From contig CADCGZ010000028.1 of NCBI GenBank assembly GCA_902801025.1, positions 2,264-66,263 of the forward strand: a stretch of 64,000 nucleotides of DNA. The letters run 5' to 3'. Origin of the DNA: an uncultured bacterium. GTDB lineage: Bacteria; Verrucomicrobiota; Kiritimatiellia; RFP12; UBA1067. Below, one piece after another: positions 48,586-58,589 of this stretch. Under the pieces are notes generated by a model, which was not told where the DNA came from, made no database searches, and saw only the letters and a list, made by a program, of their open reading frames with translations. The translations under genes and the position numbers were made by a program. The first letter of the stretch is position 1, and every line of letters begins with the position of its first letter.

Positions 48586-49905
48586 ATGAAGTTTCACATC
48601 CATACGTACGGCTGCCAGATGAACGTCCGCGACTCGGAAGCCGTCGAATCGCTGCTTCTTGCCGCAGGGCACGAAAAGGCGGTTGGCGAAGACGACGCGG
48701 AGCTAGTCATCGTCAACAGTTGCACCGTCCGGCAGAAGGCCGAGGAGAAGGCCGTCGGCAAGGCGGGGAATCTAATTGCCGCGAAGAAGCTGACGGGGCT
48801 TATGGGGTGCGCCGTAAAGCGTCTTGGGGCGGATGTCTTCAAGAAGCTTCCAAAACTCGATTTTGCAGTCGGTCCGCGCGCCATCGGGCTCATCCCGAAG
48901 ATCCTCGCCGACGGGCGGTTTCCGCGGCTCGAGCTTGGTGAGGACATGATGGGCGAGGCGCTTGCCGCGCACACAAACGGCGGATTTCAGGCGTTCGTCA
49001 CCGTTCTTGTCGGTTGCGACAACCGCTGCAGCTACTGCATTGTCCCCGACGTGCGCGGGCACGAGTATTCGCGACCTGCGCGTGAAATCGTCGCCGAAGT
49101 GCGTTCGCTCGCCGCCCACGGCGTCCGCGAAGTCTGCCTTCTCGGTCAGAGCGTTCTCCGCTACGGAATGCGCAACGCGGCATGGGACCCAGCCGACGCG
49201 CCGAGTCCAGGCGGCTACAAGGAGCCATTTCCGCGGCTTCTTGAGTCGATAGCTTCAATCCCCGGCATTAGTCGCATCCGCTTCACATCGGCGCATCCGA
49301 AGGGCTGCACTGACGAACTCGTGCGGGCCTATCGCGAATTCCCGCAGGTCTGCCGCCATCTCCATCTCCCGGTGCAGTCGGGTTCGGACCGCATTCTCGC
49401 CGACATGGGCCGCCGCTACACGCGGGCTGAATATCTCGCCGCAGTGAAGAAACTGCGCGACTTCGATCCGGAGTTTGCCATAACTACCGATGTCATCGTC
49501 GGCTATCCCGGCGAGACCGAGGCGGACTTCGAGGAGACGCGTTCCCTCATGGAGGAGGCCGGCTTCGACAATGCTTTCGTGTTCAAGTATTCCCCTCGCC
49601 CCGGAACGCGCTCCGCGTCGCTGCCCGACGACGTTCCTGTTGCGGAGAAGGAACGGCGTGACCAGGTTCTCCTTGCGGATCAGGAGCTTCGCGGTCAGCG
49701 ACGCAACGACGCGCTCGTCGGCACCGTGCGCGAAGTCATGGTCGAGGGGCCGTCGAAGCGCAACAAGTCGCGCTGGTCGGGGCGCGACGGCGGCAACCGT
49801 ATCGTCGTGTGGGACGACGCAGACGGGGTTTCCGCGGCCGTCGGCGACGTCGTCAGGGTCGCGATAATCGAGGCCCACCCGCAGATTCTTGTCGGTAGGA
49901 TATAG
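48586..49905 (+). CDS. miaB: tRNA methylthiotransferase MiaB (radical SAM + TRAM)
   Basis: MTTase N-domain (TYGCQMN), radical SAM CxxxCxxC (CDNRCSYC), C-terminal TRAM. ATG 48586. Confidence 0.8.
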   Translation: MKFHIHTYGCQMNVRDSEAVESLLLAAGHEKAVGEDDAELVIVNSCTVRQKAEEKAVGKAGNLIAAKKLTGLMGCAVKRLGADVFKKLPKLDFAVGPRAIGLIPKILADGRFPRLELGEDMMGEALAAHTNGGFQAFVTVLVGCDNRCSYCIVPDVRGHEYSRPAREIVAEVRSLAAHGVREVCLLGQSVLRYGMRNAAWDPADAPSPGGYKEPFPRLLESIASIPGISRIRFTSAHPKGCTDELVRAYREFPQVCRHLHLPVQSGSDRILADMGRRYTRAEYLAAVKKLRDFDPEFAITTDVIVGYPGETEADFEETRSLMEEAGFDNAFVFKYSPRPGTRSASLPDDVPVAEKERRDQVLLADQELRGQRRNDALVGTVREVMVEGPSKRNKSRWSGRDGGNRIVVWDDADGVSAAVGDVVRVAIIEAHPQILVGRI

Positions 49906-49906
49906 G

Positions 49907-49945
49907 GCGCCTGCCCTTGCGGCCTTGCGGCAAGGCGGCGATTGC
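49907..49945 (+). terminator. GC-rich hairpin after miaB (weak intrinsic-terminator candidate)
   Basis: gccttgcggcaaggc inverted repeat inside cgcctgcccttgcggccttgcggcaaggcggcg, followed by a T-containing tract. Confidence 0.3.
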
Positions 49946-49965
49946 GTTTGTAATCCTGCCGATGG

Positions 49966-49976
49966 ATTTGGTATAA
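49966..49976 (+). promoter_or_regulatory. Extended -10 box TTTGGTATAAT ~25 nt upstream of the Gfo/Idh/MocA gene, with RBS aaggagga
   Basis: atggatttggtataatctcctctacacaaggaggaagtgcATG. Confidence 0.45.
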
Positions 49977-50001
49977 TCTCCTCTACACAAGGAGGAAGTG
50001 C

Positions 50002-51462
50002 ATGAATAGGCGACAGTTCTTGTCCGGCATGGTTGCAGGTGGCGCCGCACCGCTGCTTTTCAATGGCTGCATTGGGGGCTTTGCGGCGAACAGGAAAATC
50101 AATGTCGGCGTGATTGGCTATGGACGCATCGCGCATACGATGGACGTCCCGGGAGTCCAGCAGTTTACCGACCGCTGCGTCGTTACCGCCGTCGCGGAGT
50201 ATGACGCCGAGCGAGCGGCCTATGGCAAGAAGGTGATCGAGGAGCGCTACGCGAAGAAGGGAATCGTCCAGGAGGTCAAGACCTACGGCGACTACCGCGA
50301 GATGATTGCAGACAAGTCGATTGACGCCGTTCTTCTCTGCATCCCCGACCACCAGCACGCCATCGTCGCGACCGACTGCCTTCTCGCCGGGAAGCACATC
50401 TACCTCCAGAAGCCGTTCGCGCAGACGGTTCAGGAAGGGCGCATTGTCGCCAACATCGCGAAAAAGAAGGGTCTCGTCGTGCAGGTCGGCGCGTGGCAGC
50501 GTTCGCGGCCGCAGTTCCGCAAGGTCGTGAACCTCGTCCGCAACGGACGTCTTGGCAAGATTGCGCGCGTCGAAGTCGGCATCGGCTGCGACCGTTCCGG
50601 AGGAGACCGCCGTCCCGAGCCGGTTCCAGCGACGTTCAACTACGATGCGTGGCTCGGCCCGACGGACCCGACCGCACCTTACAACTGGACGCGCTGCCAC
50701 AACCGCGACCTCAAGCATATCGGTGATCGTCCGGGATGGATACAGCTTGCGCCCTACGGCTGGGGCATGATCACCAACTGGGGCGCGCACCACCTCGACA
50801 TCACCGCGTGGGGCCTCGGCTGCGACCCGTCGTCGGTGCGCGGCACTTGCGAGTGGATGGACCTCTCGGGCAACAAGCTCTGGAACGTCCACACGACCTA
50901 TGACCTCCACTACGATTGCGGCGGTGCCGACGTCCACGTCAACAACAAGTTCCAGATGGGCGTCAAGTTCATCGGCGAGAACGGCGACTGGCTCTGGTGC
51001 ACGCGCGGCGCAATGAAGGTGACGCCGAGCGATCCCGACCCGAAGGTCGCTCCAGGGCAGCTGGGGCCAATCGAGGCCTCGAAGCCGTCGCTTCTCGCGG
51101 ACCTCCTGCCGTGCGAGATCAAGGACAACGTTCTCGCGCATGGCGGCGAGCGGTTCCTCACGTCAGACGACCACTTCCTCAACTTCCTCGAAGCCGTCGC
51201 GCGCGAGGACCCGCAGTACACGGTCTGCGACGCGGAGGGCGCGCACAGGTCCACGGCGTTCTGCTCGCTCGGCCGCATGTGCATGGAGCTCGGCCGCGGC
51301 AAGTCCGAAGGCCGGCTCTCTTGGAATGCCGCGAAGGAGACGACGGGCAACGCAGAGGCCGACAAGATGCTCGTTCCGTTCGCGCGCGGGCGCTTCGACC
51401 TCAAGCTTTCGCTCAAGGCGGCGGGGCTCGACTACGCGAAGTTCCTGAAGCCGATGGCGTGA
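50002..51462 (+). CDS. Gfo/Idh/MocA-family oxidoreductase with a twin-arginine (TAT) signal peptide
   Basis: MNRRQFLSG..AA TAT motif; Rossmann INVGVIGYGRIA; GFO_IDH_MocA C-terminal domain. Confidence 0.75.
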   Translation: MNRRQFLSGMVAGGAAPLLFNGCIGGFAANRKINVGVIGYGRIAHTMDVPGVQQFTDRCVVTAVAEYDAERAAYGKKVIEERYAKKGIVQEVKTYGDYREMIADKSIDAVLLCIPDHQHAIVATDCLLAGKHIYLQKPFAQTVQEGRIVANIAKKKGLVVQVGAWQRSRPQFRKVVNLVRNGRLGKIARVEVGIGCDRSGGDRRPEPVPATFNYDAWLGPTDPTAPYNWTRCHNRDLKHIGDRPGWIQLAPYGWGMITNWGAHHLDITAWGLGCDPSSVRGTCEWMDLSGNKLWNVHTTYDLHYDCGGADVHVNNKFQMGVKFIGENGDWLWCTRGAMKVTPSDPDPKVAPGQLGPIEASKPSLLADLLPCEIKDNVLAHGGERFLTSDDHFLNFLEAVAREDPQYTVCDAEGAHRSTAFCSLGRMCMELGRGKSEGRLSWNAAKETTGNAEADKMLVPFARGRFDLKLSLKAAGLDYAKFLKPMA

Positions 51463-51489
51463 GGGGCGAATTCAAAGTTTTAGTCAAAA

Positions 51490-53094
51490 GTGAAAGGGAA
51501 AAACATGAAGAAAATCCTGTTTGTTGTTGCGGCGGTGGCTTCTATTGGGGCTTTCGCGGCTGTTCCGTTCAAGCTCGGCGTGGCCGGGTACACCTTCCAC
51601 AAGCGTACGCTCGACGACGCGCTCGCGATCATGCAGAAGGCCGACGTCCACTATCTCTGCGTAAAGGACTTCCACCTCCCGTTCACCGCGACGGACGCCG
51701 ATATCGCCGCGTTCAAGGAAAAGTGCGCGTCATACGGCGTCACACCCTACGCGCTTGGCCCCGTCTACGTCAAGGATGCCGCGAAGCTGCGCGAGCAGTT
51801 CGAGTTCGCGAGGCGCCTCGGCGTCAAGACGCTGGTGGGCGTGCCATACGATGTGGCCGACGAAAAGGATTCGTGGAACAAGCGCCGCGGTTCGCGCAAG
51901 CTTCTCCTTGAGATTGACAAGCTGGTGAAGGAGTTCGACATCAGGTACGCGATCCACAACCACGGTCCGTCTTCGCCTGAGATGTTCCCCGACGTGGAGT
52001 ACGGGTGGAACCTCATCAAGGACCTCGACCCGCGCATCGGCTTCTGCATCGATGTCGGCTGGGAGTATGGCAGCGGCAAGGCCCCTGCCGCGACAATCCG
52101 CAAGTACGCCAACCGCATCTTCGACGCGCACATCAAGAACTTCCCGATTGGCGAGAAGAACGGAGGGTCCATTCCGCTCCCGCGCGGCAAGATCGACCTC
52201 GTGCCCGTATTCCAGGCGTTCGCCGATGTTGGCTACGAGGGCGTTTGCTCGCTTGAGTACGAGAAAGACTTCGAAGACAACCTCCTCGCCGTCGTAGAGT
52301 GCATCGGCTACGAGCGCGGCGTATGCGACGCGATCAAGGCGAAGGCGAAGATGATGCCGGCGCCCGCGGGCGCAAATACGCTCACCGATGCCGAGAAGGC
52401 CGAGGGCTGGACGCTCGTGTGGGACGGCAAGACCCTCGACGGCTGGCTCGCCGTCAAGAGCGGCTGCAAGGCGCCGCCGGAGAAGGGTTGGGTCATCAAG
52501 GACGGCACGCTCACGATGCGCCCCGTCAACGGCATCGCGAACGGAAAATGGTTCCCGCTTCCTCCTGAGGATCAGAAGCTCGGCGGCGGAGGCGACATCG
52601 TGACTGTAAAGAAGTATCGCGATTTTGCGTTCAAGTTCGACTTCCGCCTCACCGAGAGCGCCAACTCCGGCGTCAAGTACTTCTACGACGAGAATCTCAA
52701 CAAGGGAACGTGCGAGGAGTACCAGATTCTCGAGAACGGGCATCCCGACTCGGACAAGGGCAAGGACGGCAACCGCAAGTCAGCTTCGCTCTACGACATC
52801 ATCCCCGCGAACGCCGACAGCATCCTGAAGGGGCCCGGCGAGTGGAACAGCGGCATGATCGTCTCCAAGGGTGCGCATGTCGAGCACTGGCTCAATGGCG
52901 TCAAGGTTCTCGAGTACGACCGCGGCACGCCTGAGTTCAAGGCGGCGGTGAAGGCGTCGAAGTATGCCGATTGGGGCAAGACGGCCGACGGCAAGCCGCA
53001 GGACTGGGGCGAGATTCCCGAAGGGCGCATCCTTCTCCAGGATCACAGCGACTCGACCGTCTCCTTCTGCAACCTGAAGGTCAAGGAACTCTGA
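51490..53094 (+). CDS. Xylose-isomerase-like TIM-barrel (sugar phosphate isomerase/epimerase) fused to a C-terminal DUF1080 (3-keto-disaccharide hydrolase-like) domain, secreted
   Basis: Signal peptide; AP_endonuc_2/XylA-like TIM barrel; DUF1080 motifs (GWTLVWDGKTLDGW, GWVIKDGTL, ILLQDHSD). Confidence 0.65.
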   Translation: MKGKNMKKILFVVAAVASIGAFAAVPFKLGVAGYTFHKRTLDDALAIMQKADVHYLCVKDFHLPFTATDADIAAFKEKCASYGVTPYALGPVYVKDAAKLREQFEFARRLGVKTLVGVPYDVADEKDSWNKRRGSRKLLLEIDKLVKEFDIRYAIHNHGPSSPEMFPDVEYGWNLIKDLDPRIGFCIDVGWEYGSGKAPAATIRKYANRIFDAHIKNFPIGEKNGGSIPLPRGKIDLVPVFQAFADVGYEGVCSLEYEKDFEDNLLAVVECIGYERGVCDAIKAKAKMMPAPAGANTLTDAEKAEGWTLVWDGKTLDGWLAVKSGCKAPPEKGWVIKDGTLTMRPVNGIANGKWFPLPPEDQKLGGGGDIVTVKKYRDFAFKFDFRLTESANSGVKYFYDENLNKGTCEEYQILENGHPDSDKGKDGNRKSASLYDIIPANADSILKGPGEWNSGMIVSKGAHVEHWLNGVKVLEYDRGTPEFKAAVKASKYADWGKTADGKPQDWGEIPEGRILLQDHSDSTVSFCNLKVKEL

Positions 53095-53107
53095 GACGCG
53101 CTTATTT

Positions 53108-53116
53108 TGATATAAT
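53108..53116 (+). promoter_or_regulatory. Extended -10 box TGATATAAT upstream of prs
   Basis: ttattttgatataatatacgtaatttgtgacaggaaggacttttATG. Confidence 0.4.
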
Positions 53117-53145
53117 ATACGTAATTTGTGACAGGAAGGACTTTT

Positions 53146-54105
53146 ATGAACGATGACTTCATGGTGTTTTCCGGGACGGCGAACCTGCCGCTCGCGGAGA
53201 AGGTTGCGAACTACCTCGGGCATCCGCTCGACAAGATCGACATCAAGCACTTCCCCGATGGCGAGACGTTCTGTCAGGTGATCGACTCGGTCCGCGGCCG
53301 CGACGTGTTCGTGATTCAGTCGGGAAGCCCAGCACCGAACGAGGCGTACATGGAGCTCTTCATCATCATGGACGCCCTGAAGCGCGGCTCGGCAGCGAGA
53401 ATCACGGCGATCCTCCCGTACTACGGCTATGCGCGCCAGGACCGCAAGGACCAGCCGCGCGTCCCGATCACCGCGCGCCTCATCGCGAACCTCCTGCAGA
53501 AGGCGGGCGCTGACCGCGTCATCGCGATGGACCTCCACGCGAACCAGATCCAGGGCTTCTTCGACATTCCGCTCGACCACCTCAAGGCCGAGCCCGTGAT
53601 CCTCAAGTACATCCGCGACCAGCACTGGGCGAGCCCCATCGTCGTCGCGCCCGACACCGGCGGGGCGAAGACGGCCTACGGCTACAGCCGCAAGCTGAAG
53701 TGCGGGCTCGCGATCGTCGCGAAGCAGCGCACGGGCGGAGACACCGTAGACGCGTTCTCGGTAGTCGGCGACGTCAAGGGCCACGACGTCATCATGATCG
53801 ACGACATGACCGCGACGGGCGGCACGCTTTCCGCCGCGGCGAAGATGTGCCGCGACAACGGCGCAAAGTCGGTGCATGCGTTCGTCTCCCATTTCCCGCT
53901 CACCGAGAAGGGCGTGGAGCGGCTTATGAAGGAAGTGCAGCTCGACGAGCTCGTCGTCACCGATTCGATTCCGCTCCGCGCGGGCTTCGACCCGGCGAAG
54001 CTTCCCTTCAAGCTCACGCAGCTTTCCGTCGCGCCCCTCATCGGCGAGGCGATACGCCGCACCCACCTGAACGAATCGATCAACGATCTTTTCAACCACG
54101 AATGA
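53146..54105 (+). CDS. prs: Ribose-phosphate pyrophosphokinase (PRPP synthetase)
   Basis: PRPP-binding loop (DDMTATGGTL), flag region, N-terminal FSGTANLPLAEKVA. ATG 53146 with RBS aggaagga. Confidence 0.85.
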   Translation: MNDDFMVFSGTANLPLAEKVANYLGHPLDKIDIKHFPDGETFCQVIDSVRGRDVFVIQSGSPAPNEAYMELFIIMDALKRGSAARITAILPYYGYARQDRKDQPRVPITARLIANLLQKAGADRVIAMDLHANQIQGFFDIPLDHLKAEPVILKYIRDQHWASPIVVAPDTGGAKTAYGYSRKLKCGLAIVAKQRTGGDTVDAFSVVGDVKGHDVIMIDDMTATGGTLSAAAKMCRDNGAKSVHAFVSHFPLTEKGVERLMKEVQLDELVVTDSIPLRAGFDPAKLPFKLTQLSVAPLIGEAIRRTHLNESINDLFNHE

Positions 54106-54109
54106 TCGA

Positions 54110-54688
54110 ATGAAGGTCGTAGTCGGACTTGGGAACCCTGGTGCGCAGTACGCTAATACTCCGCACTCGGTAGGTTTCGAAGTTGTTGACCGCATTGCCG
54201 CCGAGTGTGGTGCGGTCTGGGAGGAGAAGCGGCAGTTCAAGTGCCTCATGACGCGGGCGACTCTTGCGGGCCAGAGCATCTTGCTTGTAAAGCCCCAGAC
54301 CTTCATGAACCTCTCGGGCGAGTCGGTCGCGCCGGTCGTCAAGTACCATAACGCGACTGCGGCCGACCTTGTCGTAGTCCAAGACGATATCGATCTCGCC
54401 GTCGGCAAGCTCCGCATCCGCAAGGCGGGCTCCTGCGGCGGGCACAACGGCATCCGCAACATAATCGAGCGCCTCGGCACGCAGGCGTTCGTGCGGATCA
54501 AGCTCGGCGTCGGCAAGGACAAGTCGAACGTGGTCGGGCACGTTCTCGGGAAGTTCGATCCTGAGACGCGCACAGTCATGGATCGCGTCGTAGAGGCGGC
54601 TGCGAAGGCGGTGGCTTCCGTCATCTCCGATGGGTCCGACAAGGCCATGAACGCCTACAACGGATTTGATGCAAAAATCCCTGTGTAG
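54110..54688 (+). CDS. pth: Peptidyl-tRNA hydrolase
   Basis: GLGNPG..Y..T.HS.GF; catalytic His/Asp positions conserved. Confidence 0.85.
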   Translation: MKVVVGLGNPGAQYANTPHSVGFEVVDRIAAECGAVWEEKRQFKCLMTRATLAGQSILLVKPQTFMNLSGESVAPVVKYHNATAADLVVVQDDIDLAVGKLRIRKAGSCGGHNGIRNIIERLGTQAFVRIKLGVGKDKSNVVGHVLGKFDPETRTVMDRVVEAAAKAVASVISDGSDKAMNAYNGFDAKIPV

Positions 54689-54702
54689 GGTAGGGCTGTT
54701 TT

Positions 54703-54711
54703 TGGTATAAT
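54703..54711 (+). promoter_or_regulatory. Extended -10 box TGGTATAAT upstream of the trpB-like gene (GTG start, RBS aaggaga)
   Basis: gtttttggtataatcatatcttaaggagaagtttGTG. Confidence 0.4.
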
Positions 54712-54731
54712 CATATCTTAAGGAGAAGTTT

Positions 54732-56102
54732 GTGAATACGATCCCATATAAGACATATCTCGAAGAAAGCGAGCTGCCTGAATGTTGGTACAACGTGCGC
54801 GCGGACATGAAAAAGAAGCCCGCTCCGCTCCTTAATCCCGCGACAGGGGCGCCTTGCACTGCAGAGGACCTTTCGCACGTCTTTTGCGACGAACTTGTCG
54901 CGCAGGAGCTTGACGAGACAACGCCGCTTTTCAAGATACCGAAATCAATTCGCGACTTCTACAGGATGTTCCGTCCTTCGCCGCTAGTGAGGGCGTACTT
55001 CCTCGAAGAAGCGCTCGGTACTCCTGCAAAGATCTACTATAAGTTTGAGGGCAACAACACCTCGGGCTCCCACAAGCTCAATTCAGCCGTCGCGCAGGCA
55101 TACTACGCGAAGGCGCAGGGGCTCAAGGGCGTTACGACCGAGACGGGCGCGGGCCAGTGGGGAACGGCGCTTTCTATGGCATGCGCGTTTTTCGGGCTCG
55201 ACTGTCGCGTTTTCATGGTAAAGTGCTCGTATGAGCAAAAGCCGTTCCGCCGCGAGGTGATGCGCACCTACGGAGCGGCCGTGACGCCTTCGCCGTCGAT
55301 GGAGACCGATGTCGGACGCCTCATCAATGCCGAGCATCCCGGCACGACCGGCTCGCTCGGCTGCGCGATTTCCGAGGCCGTCGAAGTTGCGGTCAAGACG
55401 CCCGGCTACCGCTATGTCCTCGGTTCCGTCTTGAATCAGGTTCTCCTGCACCAGTCGATTATCGGCCTAGAGGCGCGCGCAGCGTTCAGGAAGCTTGGCG
55501 TGAAGCCAGATGTGATCATCGGCTGCGCCGGCGGCGGCTCGAACCTCGGCGGCCTCATCGCGCCGTTCATGGGCGAGAAGCTGCGCGGCGAGGCGGACTA
55601 CCGCATTGTCGCCGTCGAGCCCTCGAGTTGCCCGTCGTTCACGCGCGGCAAGTACGCCTACGACTTCTGCGACACAGGCCGCATCTGCCCGCTTGCGAAG
55701 ATGTACACGCTCGGCGCCGACTTCATCCCGTCGCCGAGCCACGCCGGCGGACTTCGCTTTCACGGCATGAGCTCGACTCTTTCCGAGCTCTACGACCAGA
55801 AGCTCATGGAGGCGGTGAGTGTGAAGCAGACCGACGTGTTCGCGGCCGCCCAGCAGTTCGCGCGAGTCGAGGGAATTCTCCCCGCGCCAGAGTCGAGCCA
55901 CGCGATCCGCGCCGCGATCGACGAGGCGCTAAAGTGCAAGGCCGAGGGCAGGGAGGAGACGATCCTTTTCGGGCTCACCGGCACCGGCTATTTCGACATG
56001 AAGGCGTACGAGGCGTTCAACGACGGAACGTTGAGCGATTACGAGCCGACGGACGAGGATCTCGAACGCAGCTTCGCGAAGCTGCCCACTGTATCTGCAT
56101 GA
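54732..56102 (+). CDS. TrpB2-type tryptophan synthase beta-like PLP-dependent enzyme (stand-alone)
   Basis: PLP-lysine region (EGNNTSGSHKLNSA), GAGQWG, GGGSN glycine loop; ~450-aa length typical of TrpB2; no trpA nearby. Confidence 0.65.
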   Translation: MNTIPYKTYLEESELPECWYNVRADMKKKPAPLLNPATGAPCTAEDLSHVFCDELVAQELDETTPLFKIPKSIRDFYRMFRPSPLVRAYFLEEALGTPAKIYYKFEGNNTSGSHKLNSAVAQAYYAKAQGLKGVTTETGAGQWGTALSMACAFFGLDCRVFMVKCSYEQKPFRREVMRTYGAAVTPSPSMETDVGRLINAEHPGTTGSLGCAISEAVEVAVKTPGYRYVLGSVLNQVLLHQSIIGLEARAAFRKLGVKPDVIIGCAGGGSNLGGLIAPFMGEKLRGEADYRIVAVEPSSCPSFTRGKYAYDFCDTGRICPLAKMYTLGADFIPSPSHAGGLRFHGMSSTLSELYDQKLMEAVSVKQTDVFAAAQQFARVEGILPAPESSHAIRAAIDEALKCKAEGREETILFGLTGTGYFDMKAYEAFNDGTLSDYEPTDEDLERSFAKLPTVSA

Positions 56103-56211
56103 ACCACGTAATACACAGAATACGCGAAATTGCCCGGAATCTGAATCAGCGTTCCGTATGTTCCGTGTATTCGGTGGCCCCGAAACAATTTCAACCTGAA
56201 GGGAAACGAAA

Positions 56212-57609
<1,398 letters not shown>

Positions 57610-57610
57610 T

Positions 57611-57650
57611 TGTCAGGGGTCAGTGCATAGGAGTCAGGAGTCAGTTGTAA
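57611..57650 (+). repeat. Family E tandem repeat after the FHA-MoxR gene / before the DUF58 gene
   Basis: gtcaggggtcagtgcataggagtcaggagtcagttgtaag. Confidence 0.65.
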
Positions 57651-57656
57651 GGTGAG

Positions 57657-58586
57657 ATGAAAAGTCCAGGATATATGAAGTGGCTGCCGCCGAAGACGAC
57701 GGCTACCATTTCGCGCTGCGAGTTCTTCGGGCGCACGATGAAGTCCGGATTCATATCCGGGCGTCACCGTTCGCCCAAGAAGGGCAACTCCGTCGAGTTC
57801 GCCGAGCATCGCCAGTACATGCCTGGCGACGACTTGAGAACGCTCGACTGGAAAGTGCTTGGCAGAAAAGACCGCCTCTACATCCGCCAGTACGAGGAAG
57901 AGACGAATCTCCGCACGACGATCCTCCTTGACTGCTCGGGGTCGATGGCCTACGGCGGTGACGCTGCGGCCGAGCTCGACGGACAGAAGCTCACCAAGTT
58001 CGACTACGCGAGGTATCTCGCAGCCGGCATCACCTACATGTTCGCGGGCCAGCAGGACGCAATAGGGCTAGTCACCTTCGACACGAAGATACGCGAGTAC
58101 CTTCCCGCGAAATCGTCTGCGTCTCAGACGCGGCGCATCCTCGAGTTCCTCGACAAGTCGAAGCCGGGCGGCGAGACCGATCCCGCGCCGGTCATCAACG
58201 ATATCGCGGAGCGGATTCCCTCTCGCGGGCTCGTGATCGTCATCTCCGACCTCTTTACCTCGGACGCCGACGGGCTCATAAAGGCGCTCCACCACTTCAC
58301 GTACCGCAAGCACGAGATCGTCGTCCTTCACGTGATGGCCGAGGAGGAGCTTACTTTCGGCTTTGACGGGCATGTCCATTTCGAGAACCTCGAGGGGCCC
58401 GACGAGATGATGATCGACGCGAAGTCGATCAGGGCGAGCTACCTCGAGCAGGTCAACGCGTTTCTCAAGAAGATCGGCGACGGCGTCAGGAAGACAGGCG
58501 CGGACTACGCGCCGATGAACACTAAAATACCGTTCGACAAGGCGCTCGTCGAGTATCTGTCGCGCAGGCGGAGCGGAGGGAGGTAG
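57657..58586 (+). CDS. DUF58-family protein (vWA-like partner of MoxR ATPases)
   Basis: DUF58 signature (EF.e.R.Y.PGDD.R.IDWK...R....YIR.YEEE) and vWA-like DxSxS (LLDCSGSM). Confidence 0.75.
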   Translation: MKSPGYMKWLPPKTTATISRCEFFGRTMKSGFISGRHRSPKKGNSVEFAEHRQYMPGDDLRTLDWKVLGRKDRLYIRQYEEETNLRTTILLDCSGSMAYGGDAAAELDGQKLTKFDYARYLAAGITYMFAGQQDAIGLVTFDTKIREYLPAKSSASQTRRILEFLDKSKPGGETDPAPVINDIAERIPSRGLVIVISDLFTSDADGLIKALHHFTYRKHEIVVLHVMAEEELTFGFDGHVHFENLEGPDEMMIDAKSIRASYLEQVNAFLKKIGDGVRKTGADYAPMNTKIPFDKALVEYLSRRRSGGR

Positions 58587-58589
58587 TCC

